The position numbers were made by a program, and so were the translations under genes. A model generated the notes under the pieces. That model saw nothing but the letters and a program-made list of their open reading frames with translations, did not search any database and was not told the DNA's origin. A DNA stretch of 64,000 nt, taken from an uncultured Gemmatimonadales bacterium (GTDB taxonomy: Bacteria; Gemmatimonadota; Gemmatimonadetes; Gemmatimonadales; GWC2-71-9). Positions 49,831-60,982 of this stretch are shown in pieces. The number at the start of each line of letters is the position of its first letter. The first letter of the stretch is position 1. The DNA lies in the NCBI GenBank assembly GCA_963844035.1, contig CAWJMT010000003.1, positions 224,001 through 288,000 on the forward strand, read 5' to 3'.

Positions 49831-50349
49831 ATGAAGCGGGCAGTGTACGTGTGGATGTGCCTCGGGCTCTTCGCTGCGACGACGGCGGCGGCGCAAGGCT
49901 TGAAAATAGGATTCATCAACTCCCGGCAGATTCTGCAGCAGACCCCGGGATACACGGTGGCGGAATCCACCTTCAATCGCGAAGTCAAAGGATTCCGCGA
50001 CGAGGTGCAGAAAATGCAGCGGCAGCTCGATTCGGCGGTCCAGGTATTCGAGCAGCAGCAGATCGCCCTGTCGCCCGCTGCCAAGGCGGCAAAGCAGAAG
50101 GACCTTCAGGCGCAGCAGCAACGGATGGAGCAGCGTTCCACCGAGCTGCAGCAGCGGGCGCAACAGCGCGAGGGGGAGCTCATGGCGCCGATCCAGGCGC
50201 GCATCAACGCCGTCATTCAGGGGCTGCGCGCCGAAGGGAACTACTCGGTGATCTTCGACGCCGACGCCCAGGGAGGCACCATCGTGGCCGCCGATCCCGC
50301 GCTGAACCTCACGGCCAAGGTGCTGCTGCGCCTGCGAACGGCCCAGTAA
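49831..50349 (+). CDS. skp: Skp/OmpH chaperone
   Basis: Signal peptide, KIGFIN, Gln-rich coiled coil; between bamA and lpxD. Confidence 0.9.
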   Translation: MKRAVYVWMCLGLFAATTAAAQGLKIGFINSRQILQQTPGYTVAESTFNREVKGFRDEVQKMQRQLDSAVQVFEQQQIALSPAAKAAKQKDLQAQQQRMEQRSTELQQRAQQREGELMAPIQARINAVIQGLRAEGNYSVIFDADAQGGTIVAADPALNLTAKVLLRLRTAQ

Positions 50350-50359
50350 GAGTCACGCC

Positions 50360-51417
50360 GTGACCGCCGCGGGCGGACGGCGAATCACGGCTGGGGAGCT
50401 CGCCGCACTCACCGGCGGCCGGCTCCTCGGGTCAGCGGCGGTCGGCGTCGAGGGCGTCGCCCCGCTCGATCGCGCCGGCCCGAGCGAGCTCTCGTTTCTT
50501 GTCACTCGCCGCTATCTCCCCTACTTTCAACGTTCTCAGGCCGCGGTGGTGCTCTGCACGCCGGAGTTTGCCGAAGAGCGGGACGGACCCGCGTGCCGGG
50601 TCGTCGTCGCCGACCCGCACGTCGCGCTCCTCGCCGTGTTGCCGGTGCTGTATCCGGAGCCCGCGTGGACACCGGGCATCCATCCGTCCGCGGTGATCGG
50701 TCCTCGCTGCGTGTGGGAGGAACCGGTCGCGATCGGTCCCTACGCCGTGTTGGGTGACGGGGTGCGCTTGGGCCGCAACGTCCGTGTCGGTGCGGGCTGC
50801 GTGCTGGGGGACGGAGTCGTGGTCGGGAACGCAGTGCAGCTCTACCCTCAAGTCGTGTGCTACAGCGGCACGACCCTCGGAGATCGCGTGATCGTGCACG
50901 CCGGGGCGCGGCTGGGCAGCGACGGGTTCGGATACATCCCCGGCGAGCCGGGCACGCCGCCCCGCAAGATTCCGCAGGTCGGGCGCTGCCTGGTCGGGGA
51001 TGACGTGGAGATCGGGGCGAACACGACGATCGACCGGGGCAGCATCGACGACACGATCATCGGCGCCGGAACGAAGATCGACAATCTCGTGCAGGTGGGC
51101 CACAACGTGCGCATCGGGGCGCGCTGCCTGATCGCGTCCCAGGTCGGGCATCGCCGGGAGTGCGCACCTCGAGGACGACGTGATGGTCGCCGGCCAGGCG
51201 GGGATAGGCGATCACGGCCGAGTCGGGCGTGGCGCACAGGTCACGGGAGGGGGCAGCGTGTACGGAGACATCGAGGCCGGGACGACTGTGTCGGGATATC
51301 CCGCGACGCCCGCATCGCGAGTTCTTGCGGGCCCAGGCCGCCCTGTATCGCCTGGCGCCGATCATCGACCAACTCGAGGCGCTGGCGCGCGCGGCCGATG
51401 AGTTCCCAGGGCAGTAG
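50360..51417 (+). CDS. lpxD: UDP-3-O-acylglucosamine N-acyltransferase (frameshifts ~51145, ~51305)
   Basis: Hexapeptide repeats, GSDGFGY, KIPQVG, EIGANTTIDRG, TKIDNLVQVGHN. Confidence 0.95.
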
Positions 51418-52692
51418 ACGGTCGGTCGAGCGCCGGACGTCGGTGCGCGGCACGGGTCTGCACACCGGTGCCGAGACCGAGGCCACGTTCGTCCCGCGCC
51501 GCGGCGGGGCAGGGGATCGTGTTTCGGCGCGTCGACCTTCCGGGCGCACCGCAGGTGCCGGCACGTCTCACCGAAGTGGATGCGGTGGAGCGGCGGACCG
51601 CGATCGGACGCGCCGAGTGCCACCATTCACACGGTCGAGCACCTCCTGGCGGCCGTCGCCGCGCATGCGATCGACGATCTCACCATCGAACTCACGGGCC
51701 CGGAGCTGCCGATCCTGGATGGGAGCGTGCGGCCCTACTTCGACGCGCTGGCGGAAGCCCATCCGGTCGAGGTGGGCGGCGTGCCCGTGATCCTCACGGT
51801 CCAGGCGCCGTTCACCGTCACAGAAGGCGATTCGTCGTACGTCGTGGCGCCCGCCAAGGACTACCGGCTGACGGTCACGATCGAGTGGCCGCATCCGCTG
51901 ATCGGCCGCGAGGCGGGGAGCTACGAGGTGACGCCGGAGGCGTTTGCGCGCGATCTGGCCGGGGCCCGCACCTTCGGGTTCACGAGCGAGATCGCCGAGC
52001 TCGAGGCGAAGGGATTGATCAAGGGCGCGTCCACGGCCAGCGCGATCGTCCTGGACGAGCGCGGCCTGGTGAATGGCGGGGCGCTCCGCTGGCCTGACGA
52101 GTTCGTACGGCACAAGGCCGCGGACGTCATCGGGGACCTGGCGCTGACGGGGGCGCGGATTCGGGCGCACGTCATCGCCACCCGGCCGAGTCACCGGGGG
52201 AACATCGCCCTGGCGTGGGCGTTGTCGCGCACCGCCAAGCTGTCTGGTCCGCCGCGGATGGACATCGGGCGCATCATGGACGTGCTGCCCCATCGCTATC
52301 CGTTCCTGCTCGTGGACCGGATCATCGAGATCGAGGGGCAGAAGCGGATCGTGGGCATCAAGAACGTCACGATCAACGAGCAGTTCTTCCAGGGTCACTT
52401 TCCCGGCCACCCCATCATGCCCGGCGTGCTGATCATCGAGGCGATGGCGCAGGTCGGGGGGATGCTCTTGATGAGCCACTTCGAGGGACAGAATACCGAC
52501 GACAAGGTCGTGTACTTCATGTCGCTCGACAACGTGAAGTTCCGCCGGCCGGTGGTGCCGGGCGACCAGATCCGCTTTGAGCTCGAGATGGTGCAGTTCC
52601 GGGGCAAGACCTGCCGCATGAAGGGCGCGGGGTACGTGGACGGGCAGGTGGTCGCGGAGGCCGACATGATGGCCATGGTCACCGACCGATGA
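51398..52692 (+). CDS. lpxC-fabZ: Bifunctional LpxC/FabZ (frameshifted near 5' end)
   Basis: GTGLHTG, TVEHLLAA, ELPILDGS, ARTFGF, EFVRHKAADVIGDL; in-frame LPHRYPFLLVD, FFQGHFP..PGVLIIEAMAQ. Confidence 0.94.
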
Positions 52693-53456
52693 TCCATCGC
52701 ACCGCCCTCGTCGATCCCAAGGCCCACCTGAGCCGCGACGTGTCGATCGGGCCGTTCGCGATCATCGGTCCGCGGGTGACGGTCGGGGAGGGGTGTACGG
52801 TTGCCGCGCACGCCGTGCTGGAGCGCAACGTGAAGCTGGGAGCGGGCGTGAAGGTCGGCTACGGGGCGGTGATCGGCAACGACCCGCAGGATCTCAAGTA
52901 TCAGGGCGAAGAGACGTGGGTGGAGATCGGGGACGGCGCGGTCGTTCGCGAGTACTGCACGATCAATCGGGGCACGTCGGCTACGGGCAAGACCACCGTG
53001 GGCGAGCGCTGCTTCCTGATGTCCTACGTGCACGTGGCGCACGACTGCGCCATCGGCAACGACGTCATCATCGCGAACGCGGTCCAAATGGCCGGCCACG
53101 TGACCATCCAGGATCGCGCGATCATCAGCGGGCTCGTGCCGATCCATCAGTTCGTGCGCATCGGCACGTTCGCGTTCGTGGGTGGCGGCTCGCGGGTCAA
53201 CCAGGATGTGCCGCCGTACACCAAGGCGGTGGGGAATCCCGTGCACCTGTACGGCCTGAATTCCGTTGGCCTGCAGCGCGCCGGGTTCTCGCCCGAGGTG
53301 AAGCTGGTCCTGAAGCGCGCCTATCGCCTGCTCTTCAACTCCGATCTGACGGTCACCCAGGGAATCGCGCGGGCGCGCGCGGAGCTGCTGGTGGGACCGG
53401 AAGTCGAAACCTTCCTCCAGTTCATCGAGGGGTCCCAGCGGGGAGTCCTGGTGTGA
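52689..53456 (+). CDS. lpxA: UDP-GlcNAc O-acyltransferase
   Basis: PQDLKY, REYCTINRGT, HVAHDC, AGHV, IHQFVRIG, DVPPY, GLNSVGL. Confidence 0.96.
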   Translation: MIHRTALVDPKAHLSRDVSIGPFAIIGPRVTVGEGCTVAAHAVLERNVKLGAGVKVGYGAVIGNDPQDLKYQGEETWVEIGDGAVVREYCTINRGTSATGKTTVGERCFLMSYVHVAHDCAIGNDVIIANAVQMAGHVTIQDRAIISGLVPIHQFVRIGTFAFVGGGSRVNQDVPPYTKAVGNPVHLYGLNSVGLQRAGFSPEVKLVLKRAYRLLFNSDLTVTQGIARARAELLVGPEVETFLQFIEGSQRGVLV

Positions 53457-54430
53457 CGGCGCCGCCGGTGCGCGTCGGGGTCGTCGGCACCGGAGCCCTC
53501 GGCTATCATCACGCCCGCCTGATGCGGCGCCTGACGGGCGCCGAGCTGGTCGGTATCTACGACATCAATCCGGCGCGCGCGGCCACGGTGGCCCGCGAGC
53601 TCGAAACCACCGCGTTCCCCTCCCTCGACGCTCTGCTCGAACGCACGGAAGCGGTGACCGTGGCGGTCCCGACCCCGTCCCATTTGAGCGTGGGGCTCGC
53701 CGTGTTGGACGCGGGGCGCGCCCTGCTGATGGAGAAGCCGCTCGCGGACTCGGTGGCCGGCGCAGAGGAGCTGGTACGACGGGCGGCAGCGGCGAAGGTG
53801 GTGCTGCAGGTCGGCCACGTCGAGCGGTTCAACCGCGCGGTGCGTGCGGCGGCACCGTACCTCGAGGAGCCACGCTTCCTGCAGACCGAGCGGCTGGCTC
53901 CGTTCCAGCCCCGCGGGACCGACGTCGCCGTCATTCTCGATCTCATGATCCACGACCTCGACCTGGTACTCGAGCTGGTGCGCTCGGAGGTGACCGACGT
54001 GCGGGCGATCGGGGTCGCCATCCTCACGCCGCACGTGGACATCGCCAACGCACGGGTCGAGTTCGCGAACGGTGCGGTGGCCAACGTGACCGCCAGCCGC
54101 GTCTCACGCGAGCGGACCCGGAAGCTGCGCGTGTTCCAACCCACGGGGTATTGCTCGCTCGACCTGGCGCAGGGCAGCGGGGATTTCTACCGCCTCAAGT
54201 CGGGCTGGCAGGCGCTGGGCGCAACCGAGATCGACGCCATCGTCGAGCACGTCCGCCTGGACGCGCCGGAGGCCGAGCCGCTCCGGCTCGAGCTCGAGAG
54301 CTTCGTCCGGGCCGTGCGCGGCGAGGGCGATGTGGTGGTCTCCGGCGCCGCGGGGGCCCAGGCACTGGCGCTCGCGTTCCGGGTCGCAGAAGCAATTCAG
54401 GCCTCGCCGCTCGCAGCGGCGGGGTCATGA
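53453..54430 (+). CDS. Gfo/Idh/MocA oxidoreductase, GnnA-like (UDP-GlcNAc 3-dehydrogenase)
   Basis: GTGALG, AVPT, EKP, QVGHVERFN, DVAVILDLMIHDLD, TASRVS; sits between lpxA and lpxB. Confidence 0.8.
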   Translation: MTAPPVRVGVVGTGALGYHHARLMRRLTGAELVGIYDINPARAATVARELETTAFPSLDALLERTEAVTVAVPTPSHLSVGLAVLDAGRALLMEKPLADSVAGAEELVRRAAAAKVVLQVGHVERFNRAVRAAAPYLEEPRFLQTERLAPFQPRGTDVAVILDLMIHDLDLVLELVRSEVTDVRAIGVAILTPHVDIANARVEFANGAVANVTASRVSRERTRKLRVFQPTGYCSLDLAQGSGDFYRLKSGWQALGATEIDAIVEHVRLDAPEAEPLRLELESFVRAVRGEGDVVVSGAAGAQALALAFRVAEAIQASPLAAAGS

Positions 54431-55536
54431 ACCGACCACCCCGCATCTACATCTCGGCCGGGGAGCCCTCCGGGGACGCGCACGGGGCCGCGGTTGCCAG
54501 TGCCCTGCGCCGGCGCATCGACGTGGAGATCGAAGCGTTGGGGGGCCCGGAGCTCGAAGCGGCGGGCGCGACAGTGCTCGACCGCATGGATCAGTACTCG
54601 GTCGTGGGGTTCGTCGAGGCGCTCTGGAAGGTTCCGGCGCACGTGCGTCTGTTGGGCCGGGTGAGCGCCGCATTCCGCACCGGCCGCTACGATCTCGCGA
54701 TCCTCGTGGACTACCCCGGCTATCACCTGCGCGCCGCCGCCGCGATCGCGAAGGCGGGGGTGCCGGTTCTCTACTACATCGCCCCGCAGATGTGGGCCTG
54801 GGCGCCGTGGCGCGTGCGCCGCCTGGCCCCGGTACGCCGCCTGGCGGTGATCCTGCCGTTCGAAGAAGCCTTCTTCCGAGAGCACAACGTATCCGCCACG
54901 TTCGTCGGCCATCCCTTGTCCGACCGGGCGCCGCTGCCGAGCCGGCTGGAAGCACGGGGCATCCTCGGGCTCGATCCCGCCCGGCCGGTGCTTGGCCTGT
55001 TTCCCGGCAGCCGGTCGCAGGAGGTGAAACGCCTCTGGCCGGTGTTCCGGGACGCCGCCGCTGCAGTCGTCGCCGCGCGGCCCGATGTGCAGGTGGTGGT
55101 CGCCGGGATGCCGCGTGGGACCTACCCCGCCGCGGGAGCCATGCGGGTGTGCGAAGGGAACCCGCTGGCGGTGTTCGCGGCCGCAGATGCCGGGCTATGC
55201 AAGTCCGGGACGACGACGCTCGAGGCGGCATTCGCCGACGTGCCCATGGTGATCGCCTATCGCTCGCACCCGGTGTCGTTCGCGATTGGAAGGCGCATCG
55301 TGCGGGTCCCCCACGTTGGCCTGGTGAACCTGATCGCGGAGCGGGAGGTTGCCCCCGAGTTTCTTCAGGATGCCGCTACGGCGCCGGCGCTGGCGGCGGC
55401 CGTCCTGCCGCTGCTCGATCCGGCGGGCGAGGGAGCGCGGCGCCAGCGCGCCGGATTTGCCGAAGTGCGCGAGCGTCTCGGACCCCCCGGGGCGGCGGAT
55501 CGGGTGGCGAACATCGCACTGGAGCTGTTGGGGTGA
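54427..55536 (+). CDS. lpxB: Lipid-A-disaccharide synthase
   Basis: AGEPSGD, DYPGY, PQMWAW, ILPFE, FVGHP, FPGSR, KSGTTTLE, PEFLQ. Confidence 0.95.
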   Translation: MNRPPRIYISAGEPSGDAHGAAVASALRRRIDVEIEALGGPELEAAGATVLDRMDQYSVVGFVEALWKVPAHVRLLGRVSAAFRTGRYDLAILVDYPGYHLRAAAAIAKAGVPVLYYIAPQMWAWAPWRVRRLAPVRRLAVILPFEEAFFREHNVSATFVGHPLSDRAPLPSRLEARGILGLDPARPVLGLFPGSRSQEVKRLWPVFRDAAAAVVAARPDVQVVVAGMPRGTYPAAGAMRVCEGNPLAVFAAADAGLCKSGTTTLEAAFADVPMVIAYRSHPVSFAIGRRIVRVPHVGLVNLIAEREVAPEFLQDAATAPALAAAVLPLLDPAGEGARRQRAGFAEVRERLGPPGAADRVANIALELLG

Positions 55537-55560
55537 GGCTGCGGTTGCGCGGAGCCGCTG

Positions 55561-56187
55561 GTGACGGGGTTGGGAGTGTGGCTGGTCCAGCTGCTCGCGG
55601 CCACGTGGCGATACCGCGTGCGGGGCTGGGAGCATGTAGAGGAGACCCGCCGCGCCGGCCAGCCGATCGTCTACGTGCTGTGGCACAGTCGCCTGTTACC
55701 GCTGATTCATCATCGGCGTGGCGAGCGCGTCGCCCTGCTGATCAGCCGCAACCGGGACGGTGGTTATCTCGCGGATCTGTGCGAGCGATGGGGCTACACC
55801 ATCGTCCGGGGATCGAGCCACCGGGGTGGGGCGGTGGGGCTTCGCGGTCTCATCCGGTATCTCGAAGAGGGTCACGAGGTCGGGACCACGCCCGACGGCC
55901 CGCGGGGACCGGCCGAGCAGGTCAAGCCGGGCGCGATTGCCGCCGCGCAGCATGCCAATGCCCTCGTGATTCCGATGGGTGCCCGGACGTCCTCGGCGTG
56001 GTGGCTGCGATCCTGGGACCGCTTTTGCCTCCCGTATCCCTTCGCCGCGATCGAGGTTGTGTACGGCGCTCCGATCGCAGTGGCGGAAGGCAAGGACGGG
56101 TTGCGGCGCGGCATTGAGGAAACGGAGCGCGCGTTGAACGAAGTGACGTACGGCGGGGACGGGGGAAGGGGGACGGGGGACGGGTGA
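55561..56187 (+). CDS. DUF374/LpxJ-like lipid A secondary acyltransferase
   Basis: LWHSR, ISRNRDG, VRGSS, TPDGPRGP, SWDRF; between lpxB and lpxK. Confidence 0.8.
   Translation: MTGLGVWLVQLLAATWRYRVRGWEHVEETRRAGQPIVYVLWHSRLLPLIHHRRGERVALLISRNRDGGYLADLCERWGYTIVRGSSHRGGAVGLRGLIRYLEEGHEVGTTPDGPRGPAEQVKPGAIAAAQHANALVIPMGARTSSAWWLRSWDRFCLPYPFAAIEVVYGAPIAVAEGKDGLRRGIEETERALNEVTYGGDGGRGTGDG
56154..56184 (+). repeat. G-rich heptamer tandem repeat (GGGGGA[C/A]) x4
   Basis: ggggac gggggaa gggggac gggggac ggg at the acyltransferase/lpxK junction. Confidence 0.7.
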
Positions 56188-57220
56188 ATGCGGCCCGCGT
56201 CGCCGACTGGGTGTGGAGGGGCACCGTCGCGGGTCGAGTGGCGCGGCTCCCATTGATCCCGTTCTCGTTGCTCTATGGTGCAACGATGCGCCTACGCGCC
56301 GCCGCATACCGGCAGGGCTGGCTTGCCACCGAGCGCCTGCCGCTTCCAACCATCGCGATCGGCAACCTCTCCGTGGGCGGCACCGGCAAGACACCCCTCG
56401 CCGCCTGGATCGCGGCGTATTGCGGGGCCCGGGGGCGGAAGGCCGGCATCCTGCTGCGCGGGTACGGCGCGGACGAGCCGCTGGTCCACCAGCGCCTCGT
56501 CCCGGATGCGGTGGTCGTGGCCGACCCCGACCGCGCCGCGGGGGCGCGCCGTGCGGCCGCGGGGGGTGCGCAGGTGCTCGTGCTCGACGACGCCTTCCAG
56601 CTGCTGCGCGTGGCGCGCGATCTCAACATCGCGGTGATCAGCGTGGAGAGCTCCGGGGTGTCGTCGTGGGCGTTGCCCGCGGGCCCGTGGCGCGAGGGTC
56701 GGCAGGCGCTGGGACGAGCCGACTGGGTCGTGCTGACCCGCAAATTCGCGGGCGTTGACGTGGCGGGAGCTATGGCGGAGGAAATGGCGGCCCGGCGTCC
56801 CGCGCGCCCAGTCAGCGTCGCGCACCTCGCACTCGACGGGTTCACCGGAATGCGATCCGACACGCGGGTACCCGGCGAGCGCGGTCCAAGGACGCCGAGT
56901 GACGGCAGTGGCAGGGATCGGGGATCCCCACAGTTTCGCCGCGCAACTCAGCGCGCTCGGCGCCACCGTGTGAGCTGCTGGCCTATCCGGACCATCACCC
57001 GTACACTCTCGAGGATATCGAACGGCTGGCGCGGGTGTCCGGCGCGGCCGATTATCTTGTAGTCACGGAGAAGGACGCCGTCAAACTGCGGGGACGGTGG
57101 CCCCGCGAGGCTCCCGAGCCCCTCGTGGCTGCGCTCGCCGTCCAGTGGGAGCGCAATGGGCGGCCACTTGAAGAGAAGCTCGACGCGGTGCTGCGGCTGC
57201 CGCGCGTTTCCGACCCCTAG
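56184..57220 (+). CDS. lpxK: Tetraacyldisaccharide 4'-kinase (frameshifts ~56875, ~56970)
   Basis: IGNLSVGGTGKTP, RGYG, DEP, LDDAFQ, LPAGPWRE, AGIGDP, YPDHH, TEKDAVK. Confidence 0.93.
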
Positions 57221-57238
57221 CCCCGTCGCGAGGAATAT

Positions 57239-58555
57239 GTGAGCGAGCCCGCGATCAAGTCCGAGGCGCACCGCGCCGGTATCCGGCCAGACAAGGACAC
57301 GTTCCTCGCCGAGGAAAACCCATTCGAGGCGATGATGGAGCGGTTCGATCACGCCGCCAAGATCCTCGCCCTCGATCCCGGCCTCTACAAGATCCTCCGC
57401 AATCCCGAAAAGCAGATCATCGTATCGGTGCCCGTCCTGCGCGACAACGGCGAGCTGGACGTGTACACCGGCTACCGCGTGCTGTACAACACGTCGCGCG
57501 GCCCGGCCAAAGGCGGCATCCGGTTCGACCTGAACGTGACCCTGGAAGAGGTCAAGGCGCTGGCGGCGTGGATGACCTGGAAGTGCGCCGTCGTGAACAT
57601 TCCCTTCGGCGGGTCCAAGGGCGGCGTCGTGTGCGATCCGGCGTCCATGTCGATGGGCGAGCTCGAGCGGGTGACCCGGCGCTACACGTCGAGCATCATC
57701 GAAACGCTGGGCCCCGACTCGGACGTGCCGGCGCCGGACGTCAACACCAACGAGCGCGTGATGGCGTGGATCATGGATACGTATTCCATGCATCACCGCC
57801 ATACGGTCACGGCCGTGGTGACGGGGAAGCCGGTGGCAATGGGCGGATCGCTGGGCCGGCGCGAGGCGACGGGCCGGGGGTGCATGATCGCGACGCGCGA
57901 GGCGCTGGCGCGCATCGGCCGCGAGCTCAAAGGCGCGCGCGTGGTGGTGCAGGGGTTTGGCAACGTGGGATCGGTGGCGGCCGATCTCATGGCGAAGGCG
58001 GGCGCCGTGATCATCGGCGTGGCGGACAAGACCGCGGGCGTGTACGACCCCAAGGGGATCGACATCGTGGACCTGCTGCAGTGGGCGCGGGAGCACGGTC
58101 GAGGTTGCCGGGCTATGCCAAGGGCCAGGCGGTGACCAACGAGCAGCTGCTCGACCCTCGACTGCGACGTGCTGGTGCCGGCAGCGACGGAGAACGTGAT
58201 CACGCGCAAGAACGCGTCCCAGATCAAGGCGAAGATCGTGTGCGAGGGCGCCAACGGGCCCACCACGGCGGCCGCCGACGAGATCCTCGAGCGGCAGGGC
58301 ATCTTCGTGATCCCCGATATTCTCGCCAACGCCGGCGGCGTGACCGTGAGCTACTTCGAATGGGTGCAGGACCGCGGTGGGTATTTCTGGGATGAGGCCA
58401 CCGTGAATCAGCGTCTCGAGAGCATCATGACGCGCTCGTTCGCGGAGGTGATGGCGATGGCGGACCGGCACAAGGTCAGCAACCGGATCGCCTGCTACAT
58501 GCTCGCGGTAGACCGGGTGGCGGCGGTGCACCGGCTCCGCGGCATGTATGCCTGA
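57239..58555 (+). CDS. gdhA: Glu/Leu/Phe/Val (glutamate) dehydrogenase (frameshifts ~58100-58160)
   Basis: [67 protein letters not shown]. Confidence 0.93.
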
Positions 58556-58980
58556 TGCGCTATCGCCTGGTCACGGTGGGGCGGGTGAAAGATGCCGCGC
58601 TCCGGTCGGTGTGTGACGAATACCTGACGCGGTTGCGGCACTACGCGAAGGTCGAGGAAACGGAAGTGAAAGATGAGGCGCGGATCCTCGGATCCATTCC
58701 CGAGGGCTCGCGCCTCGTCGCGCTATCGCGTACCGGCGACCCGTGGACGTCGCGGGCGTTGGCCGAGTGGACCGCACGCTGGGAGATGGACGGACGCGAC
58801 GTCGGGTTCGCCATCGGTGGCGCGGACGCGCTACCGGCCGCCGTGCTCGAGCGCGCGGAGGCGACCTGGAGCCTGTCGGCGTTGACGCTGCCGCACGAGC
58901 TGGCGCGCGCGATCGTGCTCGAGCAGCTGTACCGCGCCCACACCATCCGGCGGGGAGAGCCCTATCATCGCGGCCCCTGA
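58555..58980 (+). CDS. rlmH: 23S rRNA pseudouridine-1915 N3-methyltransferase
   Basis: FAIGGADAL, SLSALTLPH, EQLYRA..GEPYHR. Confidence 0.93.
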   Translation: MRYRLVTVGRVKDAALRSVCDEYLTRLRHYAKVEETEVKDEARILGSIPEGSRLVALSRTGDPWTSRALAEWTARWEMDGRDVGFAIGGADALPAAVLERAEATWSLSALTLPHELARAIVLEQLYRAHTIRRGEPYHRGP

Positions 58981-59543
58981 GCTGACGGCGGCCGACCGGG
59001 CGGCACTGCTGCGCGTGGCACGTGGCGCGCTCGAAGCCCTGCTCACAGGCGGTGCGCCGCCGCCGCCGCCCGACACGCCCGCGGCGCGAGCGAAGCGGGG
59101 CGTGTTCGTGACGCTCGAGGTGGGCGGTGCGCTCCGGGGCTGCGTGGGGCAGCCGCGCCCGGGCCACGTGCTGGGAGCGCTGGTCGGCGAGCTTGCTGTG
59201 GCGGCCGCGCGCGACGATCCGCGATTCCCGCCCGTGTCGTCCGACGAGCTGGGCGCAGTGCGGATCTCGATCTCCGTGCTGACCGACCTGCGGAGGCTGC
59301 AACCGGTGGTGGCCGAAGCAATTGCCATCGGCCGCGATGGCCTGCTGGTGCGCGGGCGGGACGCCTCGGGCGTGCTGCTCCCACAGGTGGCGGAGGAACA
59401 GTGCTGGGGGCCGGATGCGTTCCTGGCGGCAGCGTGTCGCAAAGCGGGGTTGGCGGCGGAAGCATGGCGCGACCCGGGTATCGAGGTGTTCACGTTTCAG
59501 ACGGAGGTATTCGGAGAATCAGGGGAGGGAGACGGAAGTGTGA
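58964..59543 (+). CDS. AMMECR1-domain protein (AmmeMemoRadiSam protein A); start and end uncertain
   Basis: GVFVTL..LRGCVG, AARDDPRFPPV, ISVLT, GRDGL, GVLLPQVA, CRKAG, FQTEVF. Confidence 0.88.
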
Positions 59544-60972
59544 TACCGCGGATCGTGTCAACGCCGATTGCACCGCTCGTCCTGCCCGACCGGCGCGTGA
59601 CGCCACGTCGCCGTCGCGCCGGACGTGGTCGCCGCGGCCCTGCCGGGTCCCGGGCGCGACAAGCTCGCCGCCGGCAATGTGCTTGCCGTCACGACTGGCC
59701 AGCAGCCCGGGATTGTTCACGGGACCGCTGTACACGATCTACAAGGCGCTTGCGGCGTGGCGTCTGGCGCGCCGGCTCGAGGCGGCGTGGGGCGTGTCGG
59801 TCGTCCCGGTGTTCTGGGTGGCGGGCGACGACCACGATTTCGCCGAAGCGAACCACGTGTCGATCCTGGACGTCCAGGGGGACCTGGCCGAGATCCGGTT
59901 GCGCGAGCGGCCGGCCGAGGCGCCGCAGCTTTCCCTGGCGCGGGAGCCGTGCGGGGAGGAGATCCAGGGGGCGCTCGACCGGTTGCGCGCGACAACGCCG
60001 GAAACGGAGTTCAAGGGCGCGGTACTCAGCTGGCTCGAGGCCGCCTACCGGCCCGAGGCGACGCTCGCCGATGCCTTCGCGCACGCGTTGCAAGGATTGC
60101 TGGGGCGGAGTGGCTTGGTGGTGTTGCGGGCGCACGACCGGCACGCCAAGCGGGTGGCCGCCCCCTATGTCCTCAAGGGCCTTGCTACCACACTCCCCGA
60201 TGGCCTCACCCCCGTTCTGGTCGAGGCGGGGCTTGGTCGCGACCGGCTGCGGGCCGACGGGGCCGGGTTCGTCACGCGCCGCAGCGAGGAGCTGTTCACG
60301 CGTGAGCAGCTCGAGCAGATCGCGCGCGACGAGCCGGAACGTCTCTCACCCAACGTGTTGCTGCGCCCGGTGGTGGAGGCGGCGCTGCTGCCAACGGTGG
60401 CCTACGTCGGGGGACCCGCCGAGCTCGAGTACCTCCCGAATGCGGCGCCGCTGTATCAGGTGGTGGGCGGCGGCGTCGAGCGTCAGGTCCCGGTACCGCG
60501 CTGGTCGGGTGTGCTGGTCGAAGGGCGGGTCGACAAGTTGCTCACGCGGTACGGACTGAGTCTCGAAGACCTGCAGGCGCCTCCTGGGGCGCTCGAGGCC
60601 CGTGTGGCGCGCGAGTCGCTGTCGCCCCGGGTCTTAGAGCGGTTTGGCGCGCTCCGCAGCGCCCTGGAGCAGGGATACGCGCACCTCGCCGAAGCGGTGG
60701 AGGGCGTCGATCCCACCCTGGCGCGCACGGTGCAATCGGCGCGCAACAGCGCCCTCTCCGGCACACAGGAGATCGAGAAGAAGCTGCTCGCCAGCGTGAA
60801 GCGCGAGAGCGACGGGTTGGTGCGGCAGATCGCGCGGGCGCGCGCCGTGGTCTATCCCGGCGGCGAGCCGCAGGAGCGCGTGCTCACCCTCGCGTCGTTC
60901 TTGATCCGCTACGGCCCCGCCTTGATCGAGGAAGTGGAGCAGGAGGTGGCGCGCTGGGCGGACGCCTCGTAG
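59540..60972 (+). CDS. bshC: Bacillithiol biosynthesis protein BshC (frameshifted near 5' end)
   Basis: VTTGQQPG(L)FTGPLYTIYKA, VPVFWVAGDDHDFAE, LSPNVLLRPV, YVGGPAELEY, PQERV. Confidence 0.9.
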
Positions 60973-60982
60973 AATCCCTGCC

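Noticed and set aside
51398..52692. LpxC-FabZ fusion as a novelty
   Set aside because: Real, but already well known in Bacteroidota and related phyla.
59015..60559. AMMECR1-BshC in-frame fusion
   Set aside because: Removing one G from the run near 59522-59530 ends AMMECR1 at TGA 59543 with a typical GTGA overlap onto bshC; likely a homopolymer error.
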